The position numbers and the translations under genes were made by a program. From an uncultured Pseudobdellovibrionaceae bacterium (GTDB lineage Bacteria > Bdellovibrionota > FAC87 > UBA2466): a DNA stretch of 64,000 bases. Positions 1-10,195 of the stretch are shown one piece after another. Each line of letters starts with the position of its first letter. The first letter of the stretch is position 1. Where the stretch lies: assembly GCA_964519985.1 (NCBI GenBank), contig CAZFMF010000001.1, positions 42,633 through 106,632 on the forward strand, given 5' to 3'. The notes under the pieces are model-generated. The model was not told the DNA's origin. It saw only the letters and a program-made list of their open reading frames with translations, and made no database searches.

Positions 1-206
1 CGGCGCGGACTGCCGGCTGCGATTCCGCGGACTTTTTACTCGCCGGATCGGCACAACCGATCAAAGTATGGATTAAGCAAATCGAGAGAGAGTAAGTGAC
101 GAGACGAGTGGCGTGAATTCTTCGCATCCCAACCCCTGTGAAAATATTATCTAGCCCCTAATTCAGGGTTAGAACTTTTTGGTGCGGGATGTCAAACGTT
201 TAAGGT

Positions 207-1799
207 TCAGTCCGGAAGAAAAACGCCAAACGAATCACTGAAGTGGAAAAAGCTATTGCCGCCGGCTTCGCGGTACCACGCCACCGCGTCGCGGGCGAGC
301 GGTAAGGTATTGAGAGTATTGAGTTCGGTAGCGGGCCGCCGTCCTTGCGGATCGTACGCGCACATTCCGGAAAGCGGGCCGCCCGCGACAATGCCGACTT
401 TTGCGGCAAAGGAATCCATCGAAAAATCCGGGTCGGAGGACGCCAGCACAAAGGCATCCGCATCGCGCGGCGTGAAGTAGATGGAGGCCTTCAGCCCGGC
501 CGCTTCCACCGCTTGCGCAATGCCCGCGGTAATGCGGGAGATTGCAGTGGTGTCATTCCCGGGTGCGAAGTAGGGACCGGCTTGAATGGTGAGAAACCCA
601 CCCGGATTCAATCGGTCAAAAACCCGACGGTAGAACTCCACCGAGAAGAGTCGGGCCAACGCCAGGTTCTTCGGCGATGGGAAATCGATCACAATGAGAT
701 CGTAGCGTTCCGCGTGTTGCCCGACCCAGGTGAAAGCATCCGCCACAGTCACTTCCACCTTTGGATTGCGGAGCGAATCAAGATTGTACCGGCGCAGGCG
801 TTCGTCGGTGCGGGCGAGGCGAATCATTTCCGGGTCGAGTTCGACCATTCGTACCTTTTCTACCTGCGGGATCGCAATTAGGTTGCGGGCGACCAAGCCG
901 TCGCCCCCGCCTAAGATCAAAGCCCGTTTCACCGCGTGGCCGCGATCGGCGGCGGCGGTGACGGGTAAGTTCGCAATACAAAAGTGGTAGAGCTGCTCCG
1001 AGCCGCTGCTGAATTGGACGAACCCGTCTAAGTACAGAGTGTGTTGCGGGATTCCGGGAAAGACCGCATTTCCCCCCGCCGTCGATTCGGTCAGGACGAT
1101 CTTTTGGTAGTGACTTTGCTTGGACCAAACCACTTTTACCGGTCCGGTATTTGGCGGCGTCGCGAGGCGGGCCATTCCGATCGAAGCCAGTACCGGCAAC
1201 GCAAAGGCGGCCACGCTCAGGGTAGCCCGCCAAACCGGCAATGCGCCGGCGTACGCACTCAGTGCGACGGTGACGACCAACCCCGATCCGCCGACGGCGA
1301 GCGCGGTACGCGAGTAGCCGAGGGGAATGAGCAAGACGAAAGTAAAGAGCAGGGTAAACGCGATCGCGGCCAAGTAATCAAAGAAGAAGAGGCGGCCGAG
1401 ATTCATGCGGCGGTCGCCGCGGCCCAGGTTTAAGGTCAACGGGAGAATTCCACCGGCTACGGCTCCAGCAACTCCGACGACGAGAATCGCGATCGGGGTT
1501 GCTTGGTTGAAACGGAAAATGCCCCAGCGCAGAATGGAGATACTCAGCCCGCACCAAAGACAAAGTGCGGTGGTCAATCCAATGAGTCGGCCCACCGTGG
1601 GGCGACCAAAACGCTCGCTCAAACGCGTGCCGATTCCGAGCGCAAGAAAATAAAAAGCGAGGTTAATGGAGTAGAAGGTGACGTCCTGGCTAAACGCGGT
1701 CGACCAGAATCCCGAGACCAGCGTTTGGGTCATGAACCCAACGCCGGATCCCAAAACCGAAAGGGCGTAGAGCAACAGGATTGAGGAACCACGTTTCAT
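207..1799 (-). CDS. Membrane-anchored spermidine synthase-like polyamine aminopropyltransferase
   Basis: Multi-TM N-terminal domain, then LYLDGFVQFS, LILGGGDGL, VELD, DAF and YDLIVIDFPSP motifs typical of SpeE-like enzymes; 4-nt overlap with the upstream gene. Confidence 0.85.
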   Translation of the reverse strand: MKRGSSILLLYALSVLGSGVGFMTQTLVSGFWSTAFSQDVTFYSINLAFYFLALGIGTRLSERFGRPTVGRLIGLTTALCLWCGLSISILRWGIFRFNQATPIAILVVGVAGAVAGGILPLTLNLGRGDRRMNLGRLFFFDYLAAIAFTLLFTFVLLIPLGYSRTALAVGGSGLVVTVALSAYAGALPVWRATLSVAAFALPVLASIGMARLATPPNTGPVKVVWSKQSHYQKIVLTESTAGGNAVFPGIPQHTLYLDGFVQFSSGSEQLYHFCIANLPVTAAADRGHAVKRALILGGGDGLVARNLIAIPQVEKVRMVELDPEMIRLARTDERLRRYNLDSLRNPKVEVTVADAFTWVGQHAERYDLIVIDFPSPKNLALARLFSVEFYRRVFDRLNPGGFLTIQAGPYFAPGNDTTAISRITAGIAQAVEAAGLKASIYFTPRDADAFVLASSDPDFSMDSFAAKVGIVAGGPLSGMCAYDPQGRRPATELNTLNTLPLARDAVAWYREAGGNSFFHFSDSFGVFLPD

Positions 1800-2518
1800 G
1801 AGGGAATTCCGAAATAGGTTTGTTCCATCCAGGCGCGAATGCTCTCCGCGAACAACAGGCTACCGATCGCGGTCTTCAACGCGAAACCGGCGCAGGCCAG
1901 CCAAAAAGCGCGACGGGGTGGCCGCAGGGCCAAGACAAATCCGAAGGCAATGGCGGCATTGAGGCACCCGAGCACGGCGGCGAGGCGAAAAAAACCGAGT
2001 TGGGGCAAGAGCCAAAGGGGAAAGAGGAGTCCTCCGACAAAACCTCCGACGTAATCGTAGAAAAGAATGTCGTTCAACCAGCGGTTGTCGCGCTCCAACT
2101 GATTAAGCAGCGGAACTTCCATGCCCAAGCCAAAACCTATTGCCGCGACGAAAACGATCAACGCCCATTGCGCGGGCCCACCCAAGGCGAAAAAGGTGTA
2201 GAGGAGGGGCACGGCGGCACAAGCACAAAGGGCCAGTCCCACCTCGATCGTGAGAATGGCCTCGCGGGCGCGATGACGGAAGCGTCCCGCGCACAGAGCG
2301 CCGACACCCATGCTCGCCATCATTAGGGAAAAGACGAGAGAGTATTGGAAAACGGAGGCGCCGAGCAAAAAGGTAGCGTAGCTCGCCAGCAATAATTCGT
2401 AGGCCACGGAGGAAAACGCCGCGGCACCGGCGGCGAAGGCGACGAGGGCGCGCAGCGCGCGTTTCGAGCGCACGCTCGGAAAGGCATTTCCGGCTGCTTT
2501 TCGGGCGACCGCGGGCAT
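1796..2518 (-). CDS. Stand-alone membrane domain homologous to the N-terminus of membrane-type spermidine synthases
   Basis: YELLLASYATFLLG..QYSLVFSLMMASMGVGA, GMEVPLL and DYVGGFVGGLLFPLWLLP motifs; no catalytic domain; exact start uncertain. Confidence 0.8.
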   Translation of the reverse strand: MPAVARKAAGNAFPSVRSKRALRALVAFAAGAAAFSSVAYELLLASYATFLLGASVFQYSLVFSLMMASMGVGALCAGRFRHRAREAILTIEVGLALCACAAVPLLYTFFALGGPAQWALIVFVAAIGFGLGMEVPLLNQLERDNRWLNDILFYDYVGGFVGGLLFPLWLLPQLGFFRLAAVLGCLNAAIAFGFVLALRPPRRAFWLACAGFALKTAIGSLLFAESIRAWMEQTYFGIPS

Positions 2519-2568
2519 TTTTTCCTTGGGGATGGCTTCGGCCGCGTAGGGGCCGCGTTAAGACAATT

Positions 2569-3222
2569 TTAACACAGTTCGGCGCGCACGGCTTCGCCCC
2601 GGATGCCCCACAGCGTAAAGCGTTCGGAGCGAGCAACTTTGAAACCGGCGGTTTCCAGCGCGCGATCTAAGTCGATGGGATGGCAATCAATATACTGGGG
2701 GAACCAATCGTGGAGTTTTTCGTAGATCCGACTGCCAATCGCCGGTCGGTCGCCTTTGGCCAGGGAAACGACCACGAGCCGTCCATCGGGGCGCAAAACC
2801 CGCCGGATTTCCGCCAGCACTTTCACGATGTCGCCATCGTCGAAAAGTTCCAACGTGAACCCCAGGAAGACGCCATCGAACTGCGCGTCGGGATACGGGA
2901 GTCGGCGCGCATCCCCTAACTCCAGGGCCACCGTATCGGCGATTCCTTCTTGTTCCAAACGTGCCTTGGCCACTTGCAGCATTCCCGGACTGAGGTCGAT
3001 TCCGTGAACTTTTCCGGTGCCTCCCACAGCATGGGCCATCGCCACCAACGCATGGCCGGTGCCAAAGCCGATTTCTAATAACGATTCTTCCGGCTGAGGG
3101 TCCAACAAGCGCAGACCGCGAATGCGCGCCGGCCGTTCGCTGGAATCGGCCAAGCGATCGTAAAAGCCGCTGAGCCGGTCGTACCATTGACGGGTTGACG
3201 AAGAAGCGGGGGTTGAAGACAT
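2569..3222 (-). CDS. Class I SAM-dependent methyltransferase (UbiE/MenG-like)
   Basis: LLEIGFGTG, GIDLSPGML, GDARRLPY, EIRRVLRPDG; start set at ATG 3222. Confidence 0.85.
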   Translation of the reverse strand: MSSTPASSSTRQWYDRLSGFYDRLADSSERPARIRGLRLLDPQPEESLLEIGFGTGHALVAMAHAVGGTGKVHGIDLSPGMLQVAKARLEQEGIADTVALELGDARRLPYPDAQFDGVFLGFTLELFDDGDIVKVLAEIRRVLRPDGRLVVVSLAKGDRPAIGSRIYEKLHDWFPQYIDCHPIDLDRALETAGFKVARSERFTLWGIRGEAVRAELC

Positions 3223-3350
3223 GCGCGGGTAAATAGCACAAGTCATCACCTGGTTCTAGTCGTTCCCGGCCGGCCGGAGGGGAACGCCAGCAAGGTCAGC
3301 ATTGACTCGGTGCGTTTTAACGTGTTAACGCTCAAAATATGGGAGGGGTG

Positions 3351-3641
3351 ATGAAGACATGGGTATTGGGGTTGATTCTTTTTCTATCCGGGGCGGTATC
3401 CGCCGCCGAATTTGAAGGCCGGGTGACTTATTCCGATTCGGGCGCGCTGATCGTTGAGGGGAAAGCCGCGGAGAAGATGTACGCCGATTTGGATGGGCGG
3501 GCGATCAAGATGAACCTGGAAGCGAATGTGATCGCGTGGCGCAAACGAGGCAAAAACTTCAACTGCTTCTTACGGAACGACACTCACGAGGTGCAGTGCT
3601 TCATTTCGGTGCGTGATCCTCTGTCCGGCGAGATCTACTGA
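3351..3641 (+). CDS. Small secreted hypothetical protein with two Cys
   Basis: GGAGG RBS; signal peptide MKTWVLGLILFLSGAVSA. Confidence 0.7.
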   Translation: MKTWVLGLILFLSGAVSAAEFEGRVTYSDSGALIVEGKAAEKMYADLDGRAIKMNLEANVIAWRKRGKNFNCFLRNDTHEVQCFISVRDPLSGEIY

Positions 3642-4918
3642 CCGGGCGTCAGGACTCTTGGCGCGACCAACACGGGAACTTTCAACTCAAAATCGCGCGG
3701 TAGTTTCAGTGGCTCGTAAAAGTGTCGCTGCAAGGCGTCTGCGAGTTGCCGCGCATTGCCCTCGGAGAGCAATTGGAGCTCTTGACGGAAGGCATCCGCG
3801 CCATCGCGCTGGAATGTGGTCCGCAACGAGTGCCTTAGCTGCCGTCGGACCAGTGTTGTAAAGTCGGGAACGGTTAGGTCGAGGGCGCCGAGTTGACTCC
3901 GGAGCTTGGCAAAGTCACCGGCTAACGCCGGGTAGCGAGTCAGGGTTTCCCAAGCGCGATTGAGGGAGGTTCCATCGGATTCCAACGCGGTCTCGACTGG
4001 GCGGGCAATATTGGCTTCTATCCCAAAATGGTGGGCGAGATTTTTGCGCAACCGTTGGGTGGTTTCGGGATCGCGAATATCGCCGAACTCAATGAGGTCG
4101 TCGGGGTCCATGATATAGGCGGAAATCCAACCGTTGTCGGCGGCGTACTGATTTTCTAAAATCGCTTCTGCCGATCCAAAGGACAAACTCATGTTCCGGC
4201 GTGAGTAGGCTCGAGTTTTCTCGTTCTCCCCATTTGTGCGCTCAATATGGACAAAGAAGAAAACTTGATCGTCCGCGTTCAGCCAGCGGTTGAATGCTGC
4301 TGTATTGAGGCCCCCACTGAATCCGAGAATCTCGAGCTGATGAGAGCTCAGCAGCTGCGTCTCGGGAACTTGGACTTTCCGTGGAGCAATGTGGGTGAAC
4401 ACGGGGTGAAAGCGCGCCAACACGGGCGTCGCTTCCGCGATCGGCCCTTCGTCCGCCTCGAGATTGGGTCCCACCAGCCGGCGTAGATTCTCGAGGCTTT
4501 GTGTCTCGAACCGCTTTCGCGGGGACGAGAGGGTCGGTCGATCGCGATGGCCGCGGTTCTGAAAGGCAGCCGCGAGGGATGATTTACGTTCAGCGGTGAT
4601 TTTCTTGGATCGGACGTGGATGGTCGAATCCAGGTAGCTGGCAACGATCTCGGCATGATCCCAAACCGAAGCTTCTTGGAGCTCAGGCGCTCTTTTCCGC
4701 AAAAAAGTTTGCATCGGCTCGGAGCCCCATAGTTGCTCCAGAGTGCGATGATTGTTGTTCTGTAAGACACGGATCAATTCGGCATGCCCATTTAACTGCG
4801 TCAAGTAGTCGGGGCAGACGGCTTCCTCCGCTTCGACCTCCTCCCAACCGGCGGGAACCGCCACTGCCACGGACGACAAAGCCATCAGAATCATGAATTT
4901 ACGGGCGAATGCGTTCAA
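3635..4918 (-). CDS. Secreted hypothetical protein, possible ADP-ribosyltransferase-like domain
   Basis: 427-aa ORF with signal peptide; TH..LLS..DDQVFF..SFG..WIS..ELKVP motif string. Confidence 0.65.
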   Translation of the reverse strand: MNAFARKFMILMALSSVAVAVPAGWEEVEAEEAVCPDYLTQLNGHAELIRVLQNNNHRTLEQLWGSEPMQTFLRKRAPELQEASVWDHAEIVASYLDSTIHVRSKKITAERKSSLAAAFQNRGHRDRPTLSSPRKRFETQSLENLRRLVGPNLEADEGPIAEATPVLARFHPVFTHIAPRKVQVPETQLLSSHQLEILGFSGGLNTAAFNRWLNADDQVFFFVHIERTNGENEKTRAYSRRNMSLSFGSAEAILENQYAADNGWISAYIMDPDDLIEFGDIRDPETTQRLRKNLAHHFGIEANIARPVETALESDGTSLNRAWETLTRYPALAGDFAKLRSQLGALDLTVPDFTTLVRRQLRHSLRTTFQRDGADAFRQELQLLSEGNARQLADALQRHFYEPLKLPRDFELKVPVLVAPRVLTPGQ

Positions 4919-5002
4919 GGATATCCTTTTTTCGGAAGGATTAACCTAACGCACTGGGCCGAGATCCATCAAGGGCTTTTCGCGAGGCAAATCGGCGGTT
5001 TC

Positions 5003-6244
5003 ATGGATAATCTCACTCACTCACTGATCGGCGCTGTGATGGCCGAGTGTGTCTATCAGCACTCGCCTTCGCTGAAACGCAGCACGGTTGCGCCCCGTCT
5101 GCGACGGGCCTTCTGGCTCGTCTCGATCCTGGGCAATAACCTACCGGATCTTGACGTACTCTACGCGGCACTCGCACTGAATGGGCGCCTCGGCTATTTA
5201 CTCCACCACCGGGGTCACACCCACACGTTGCTCTTCGGTTTGGCGCAAGGGGCACTGACGGGCGCCTTGGCCCATCTTTGGTTGAAGCGCAAAGTGAAGA
5301 ATCTCTCGGTTTGGGATGAGCGCGCGATTTGGGGTTTGGCCCTGGCGGCCCCTTTGCTTCACCTAGGAATGGACGCACTGAACAACTACGGCGTCCACCC
5401 CTTCTGGCCCGTCTGGAACGGCTGGGTTTATGGCGACTCGCTCTTCATCATGGAGCCGTTGCTTTGGCTCGCGCTTTTCCCGGTCGTTTACTTTGTCACC
5501 CAACGCCGTAGTTGGCGGTGGATCGTCGAGACGCTATTGGTGGCGCTTTTCACCGTGGTTTGGATTCTCCCGATCACGCGTTGGTATTCGGCATTGGCGA
5601 TCTTTGGGATGGGCGCGCTGATGTGGTTTGCCTGTCGCAAAGCCAAGCCGCGTTGGCGGGCGCAGTTTTGTCTGGCGATGGGAGCCACCGTCATCGGCCT
5701 TTTTTCCGGTTTGTCCACTTACGCGCGCGCGCGTCTGGTGAAGCAACACGCCGAACAAAACCCCACGGCGAAATTGCACGACGCCGTGTTGACACCGTTT
5801 CCGGCCAATCCCTTGTGTTGGAACGTGATCACGGTGGAAACGTTTAGTGACGGTAGCCGCTACCGGCTGCGCCGCGGTGTTTTTGCTCCCATTCCTTTCC
5901 TGGTTTCCGCCGCTGGCTGCCCGAAGATGCCGACTACGGGTCCTACTGCTTACTTGAGTGCTGTCCCCGAGCTATGGGGACCAGAGTTCGATTGGGATGG
6001 CCAGTACCAATCGGCGGTGAGCGACCTCAAAGAATTTGTGGACTATTCTTGCGCGTGGTCGGCCTTTCTGCGCTTTGCGCGGGCTCCTTTCCTTCAGGAG
6101 GAGGAAGGCAGTCTTTGGGCGGGAGATCTGCGCTACGACTACGGACCGGAATTGGGATTCGCCGAACTCGAGGTTCCGGAAGATTCGGGACCCTGCAAGG
6201 GTTGGATCCCACCGTGGCTACGCCCGCGCCGAGACATTTTTTAG
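5003..6244 (+). CDS. Inner-membrane metal-dependent hydrolase (YdjM/DUF457 family)
   Basis: MDNLTHSLIG, NLPDLD, HRGHTHT, HLGMD, YGVHPFWP. Confidence 0.88.
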   Translation: MDNLTHSLIGAVMAECVYQHSPSLKRSTVAPRLRRAFWLVSILGNNLPDLDVLYAALALNGRLGYLLHHRGHTHTLLFGLAQGALTGALAHLWLKRKVKNLSVWDERAIWGLALAAPLLHLGMDALNNYGVHPFWPVWNGWVYGDSLFIMEPLLWLALFPVVYFVTQRRSWRWIVETLLVALFTVVWILPITRWYSALAIFGMGALMWFACRKAKPRWRAQFCLAMGATVIGLFSGLSTYARARLVKQHAEQNPTAKLHDAVLTPFPANPLCWNVITVETFSDGSRYRLRRGVFAPIPFLVSAAGCPKMPTTGPTAYLSAVPELWGPEFDWDGQYQSAVSDLKEFVDYSCAWSAFLRFARAPFLQEEEGSLWAGDLRYDYGPELGFAELEVPEDSGPCKGWIPPWLRPRRDIF

Positions 6245-6786
6245 AACTTGGCCGGGCGGCCCCAAGCATTTTCAAAAACAGTTTGGGCGAGGGGAGTCCG
6301 AGATCTTTCCGGACGGATGAAGTCTTCGGCTTTAAATCCGATCACAAACATCGCGTAAGCTTCAAAGTCGGGCGGGACAAGCTTTTCCGCCTCTTCCTTA
6401 CTGAAACCCCCCATGAAACGGGTATTCACGCCGAGATCAAACGCGCGAAGCGCCATGAGCTGGGAAGCGGCGCCGGTGTCGTGTCCCAAGTGTCGGTTCG
6501 GTTTGCCGGTTTGTGTAAAGGTGCGTTTACCGAAACTCACCCCCAACACCCACGCTTGCTTGGCATAAGCATTGCCTTCCGCAAGGAGCGCCTCCAACGC
6601 CGCGCGTGGAGCGCCGGCATTTTTTTTTGCAAAGAGAAAGCGCCACGGCTGTTCGTTAAAACACGATTGGGCGCTTCGGCCTGCTTCGAAGATCTCTTTA
6701 AGCACTGCATCGTCGACTTCCGCCGAACGGTAACCGCGAGGACTCCAACGCTGCGCAATAGCTTCACCGGTTTGCATGGTTCGCAC
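6241..6786 (-). CDS. Nitroreductase family protein
   Basis: RWSPRGY, SAQSCFNEQPWRF, DTGAA, FMGGF. Confidence 0.9.
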   Translation of the reverse strand: MRTMQTGEAIAQRWSPRGYRSAEVDDAVLKEIFEAGRSAQSCFNEQPWRFLFAKKNAGAPRAALEALLAEGNAYAKQAWVLGVSFGKRTFTQTGKPNRHLGHDTGAASQLMALRAFDLGVNTRFMGGFSKEEAEKLVPPDFEAYAMFVIGFKAEDFIRPERSRTPLAQTVFENAWGRPAKF

Positions 6787-6857
6787 TCCTTAAAGGTGCG
6801 CTCTTACTTCCAGAAGAAAGTCTTGAAAGGAAGCGGCCCCTTTTTCTGTTAATATAG

Positions 6858-7880
<1,023 letters not shown>

Positions 7881-7907
7881 CGCCCGTACTTTTGTTATTC
7901 CCATCCC

Positions 7908-8276
7908 ATGGAACGTTTCTTTCTCGTGGCCGGATCCCTTTCCGGATTTTTGGGTGTCGCCCTCGGGGCCTTCGCGGCGCACTCGCTACGGGCGCGGCTT
8001 ACGCCCGCCGATATGGAAATCTTCCGAACGGGTGTGCATTACCAGCTCGCGCACGCCGTGGTCTTGCTGGCAGTGGCGGTTTTGATTCGTCTCTTTCCGG
8101 ATGCGGGCCACGCGCGCGCCGGTTACGCCTTTCTCGCCGGAACGGTGATTTTCTCCGGATCGCTCTACGCACTGGTGCTCACGCAAATTCGCTTCTTCGG
8201 CGCGATTACACCCATTGGCGGAGCCTGTTTTCTAGCCGGATGGCTTTTGCTGACTTACGGCGCCTTGCGAGACTGA
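7908..8276 (+). CDS. DUF423 (YgdD/TMEM256) membrane protein
   Basis: VALGAFAAH, YQLAHA, IFSGSLY, GAITPIGG. Confidence 0.93.
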   Translation: MERFFLVAGSLSGFLGVALGAFAAHSLRARLTPADMEIFRTGVHYQLAHAVVLLAVAVLIRLFPDAGHARAGYAFLAGTVIFSGSLYALVLTQIRFFGAITPIGGACFLAGWLLLTYGALRD

Positions 8277-8881
8277 GCGCCTTTTCCGAGGGTGGTAAGA
8301 ATCGGAATCCCTTTTTTGCACATCGGACACTCGGCCGGTTCCCAAGATTCCAGCGCAAATTCCGTGAGCGAAAAAAGCACTTTGGCGCCGATATCGGCCG
8401 CGCGGATGCCTCCCCGATTGCAAAGGGCCGCGATGCCCACGACGTCCGCTCCCAGCTTGCCGGCCAATGCGACGACTTTCTTCACCGATCCCCCGGTGGT
8501 CAAGACGTCTTCGGCGATCAAAACCCGTTTGCCCTGAATGAGTTTTTCGTAGCCGCGCTTGATCACGAAGCCTTCCGGCGTTTCGTCTTTTTCGGCAAAG
8601 ACCGCCAGCACCGATTTCTTGGTCATGATCGTCAGGTGGTGCGCGATCCATTGGGTCAAAATGATCCCGCCCAACGCGGGGGCAAGCACCACGTCGACCC
8701 GTTCATTGGAAAACTGCCGCGCGATTTCCTCGCAGAGTTCCGAAATGACGCCGGGAATGGGATAGAGCGCGTCTTTGTTCACATAGTCGGCGCCATGACG
8801 GCCGGAGGTGTACACCAGATGGCTGCCGCGGGTTAGGACTCCGCACTGCTCGAAAAGCGAGAGCGCGCGGGAATCGCTCAT
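8255..8881 (-). CDS. pyrE: Orotate phosphoribosyltransferase
   Basis: TSGRH, PRPP motif VLIAEDVLTTGGS; ATGA overlap with the pyrF stop gives start 8881. Confidence 0.92.
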   Translation of the reverse strand: MSDSRALSLFEQCGVLTRGSHLVYTSGRHGADYVNKDALYPIPGVISELCEEIARQFSNERVDVVLAPALGGIILTQWIAHHLTIMTKKSVLAVFAEKDETPEGFVIKRGYEKLIQGKRVLIAEDVLTTGGSVKKVVALAGKLGADVVGIAALCNRGGIRAADIGAKVLFSLTEFALESWEPAECPMCKKGIPILTTLGKGAQSRKAP

Positions 8882-9615
8882 TGCGGTTCCACCGGCGCCG
8901 AAGGATTGAAGCCCAAGCCACCGATTTCTTCGATGATCTTTTTGATCGCGTCGATCGGATTGCCCACTCCCATCGGCGGACGGGTGATCGGGCGACCAAT
9001 TACCAGATAGTCCGCGCCGGCCTTCAGAGCTTCGGTCGGTGTCATCACGCGTTGCTGATCGTCGGCGTGGTACCAACCCGGGCGAATTCCCGGCGTGATT
9101 TTTTTCAGTTCTTTAAACTGTTCATCCGCGCCCAGCACGGCCAGTTCGAGCGGCGAGCAAACGATGCCGTCTACGCCCGCCTCCAGCGCGTCCTTCGCAA
9201 ATTGAACGACCTTGTTCTGCGGGGAATCGCCAAAGACACTGCGGCAGTTTTCTTCACTGAACGAAGTCAGCACGGTCACCGCATAGCACTCGGCCGAGCC
9301 CTTGTTTTCGGCGGCCGCTTTCAGGGCATCGATGCCCGCCGAAGCGTGAACGGTGAACATCTTGGCGCCAATTGTCCCGACGGTGCGACAGGCGGCCCCA
9401 ACCGTATTGGGAATATCATTAAATTTCGCGTCGTAGAAAACTTGGCCCCCGCAGCGTTGCACGTGGTGCACAACCGACGGGCCGCCGGCGGCGGTGATCA
9501 GTTCCAACCCCACTTTGAAGTACCCCACGTGGGGCGCGAGGGCTTCGATCAGCGGGGTGCTGCGGGCCAGGGAATCAACATCTAGAGCAACAATGATACG
9601 CAGTTTGGGATCCAT
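8878..9615 (-). CDS. pyrF: Orotidine-5'-phosphate decarboxylase
   Basis: IVALD, FKVGLEL, DAKFNDIPNT, TPGIR, DQQRV, VIGRPI. Confidence 0.96.
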   Translation of the reverse strand: MDPKLRIIVALDVDSLARSTPLIEALAPHVGYFKVGLELITAAGGPSVVHHVQRCGGQVFYDAKFNDIPNTVGAACRTVGTIGAKMFTVHASAGIDALKAAAENKGSAECYAVTVLTSFSEENCRSVFGDSPQNKVVQFAKDALEAGVDGIVCSPLELAVLGADEQFKELKKITPGIRPGWYHADDQQRVMTPTEALKAGADYLVIGRPITRPPMGVGNPIDAIKKIIEEIGGLGFNPSAPVEPQ

Positions 9616-9662
9616 GGACTCTTAGGCTTACCCCATGCCCGCCGGCGCTGGCAAACGGCGTC

Positions 9663-10124
9663 TCAAGCAAGGTCGCGAATAGCCTCTAACACGGCATCGG
9701 CGTGGCCTTTAACTTTTACCTTGGGGAAGATCTTGCGGACTTTCCCAGCTTTATCGATCACAAAAGTCGTGCGAACGATTCCCATGAACTTCCGCCCGTA
9801 GAGTGATTTCTGCTGCCAAACGCCGTAGGCCTGGCAGACTTTCCCGTCTTCGTCTGCGAGCAAGGGAAAGTTCAGATCATACTTTTCCCGGAACGTCGTG
9901 TGGCGGTCAGGGGAGTCTTTGCTGACCCCCAGAATCACCGCGCCCGATTTTTTCACCTTGGCCAGATTGTCCCGGAAGTCACAGGCTTGTTGCGTGCAAC
10001 CCGGGGTCATGTCCTTGGGATAGAAATATAGAACGACGGTCTTTCCTTTAAAGTCTTTCAGGGAAACTTTCCCTACATCCGATTCCAATGAAAACGCCGG
10101 TGCTTTATCGCCTTCTTTCAACAT
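9663..10124 (-). CDS. bcp: Peroxiredoxin (BCP/PrxQ)
   Basis: LYFYPKDMTPGCTQQAC, RTTFVID. Confidence 0.95.
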   Translation of the reverse strand: MLKEGDKAPAFSLESDVGKVSLKDFKGKTVVLYFYPKDMTPGCTQQACDFRDNLAKVKKSGAVILGVSKDSPDRHTTFREKYDLNFPLLADEDGKVCQAYGVWQQKSLYGRKFMGIVRTTFVIDKAGKVRKIFPKVKVKGHADAVLEAIRDLA

Positions 10125-10195
10125 ACCGTCGAGATACTCGGCGGAGGCAAACGAATCAAGCTTTACCGGGGAGCGGCGCGTGCTTAGACTGGGCT

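Noticed and set aside
1-95. 3' end of a gene entering from the left
   Set aside because: Too short to assign a frame or product with confidence
2558-2572. TTAA-N7-TTAA CtrA box
   Set aside because: CtrA is alphaproteobacterial and nothing else here supports that lineage; one half-site is a stop codon
6826-6846. AAAGGAAGCGGCCCCTTTTT as a family A repeat relic
   Set aside because: Similarity is too short; it could be an ordinary small hairpin
8882-9076. N-terminal extensions in the ORF track (pyrE; also 13706, 16904, 19204, 45761, 49589, 52185, 53996, 54426)
   Set aside because: They overlap neighbours or repeats; downstream starts have an RBS or coupling and match family N-termini
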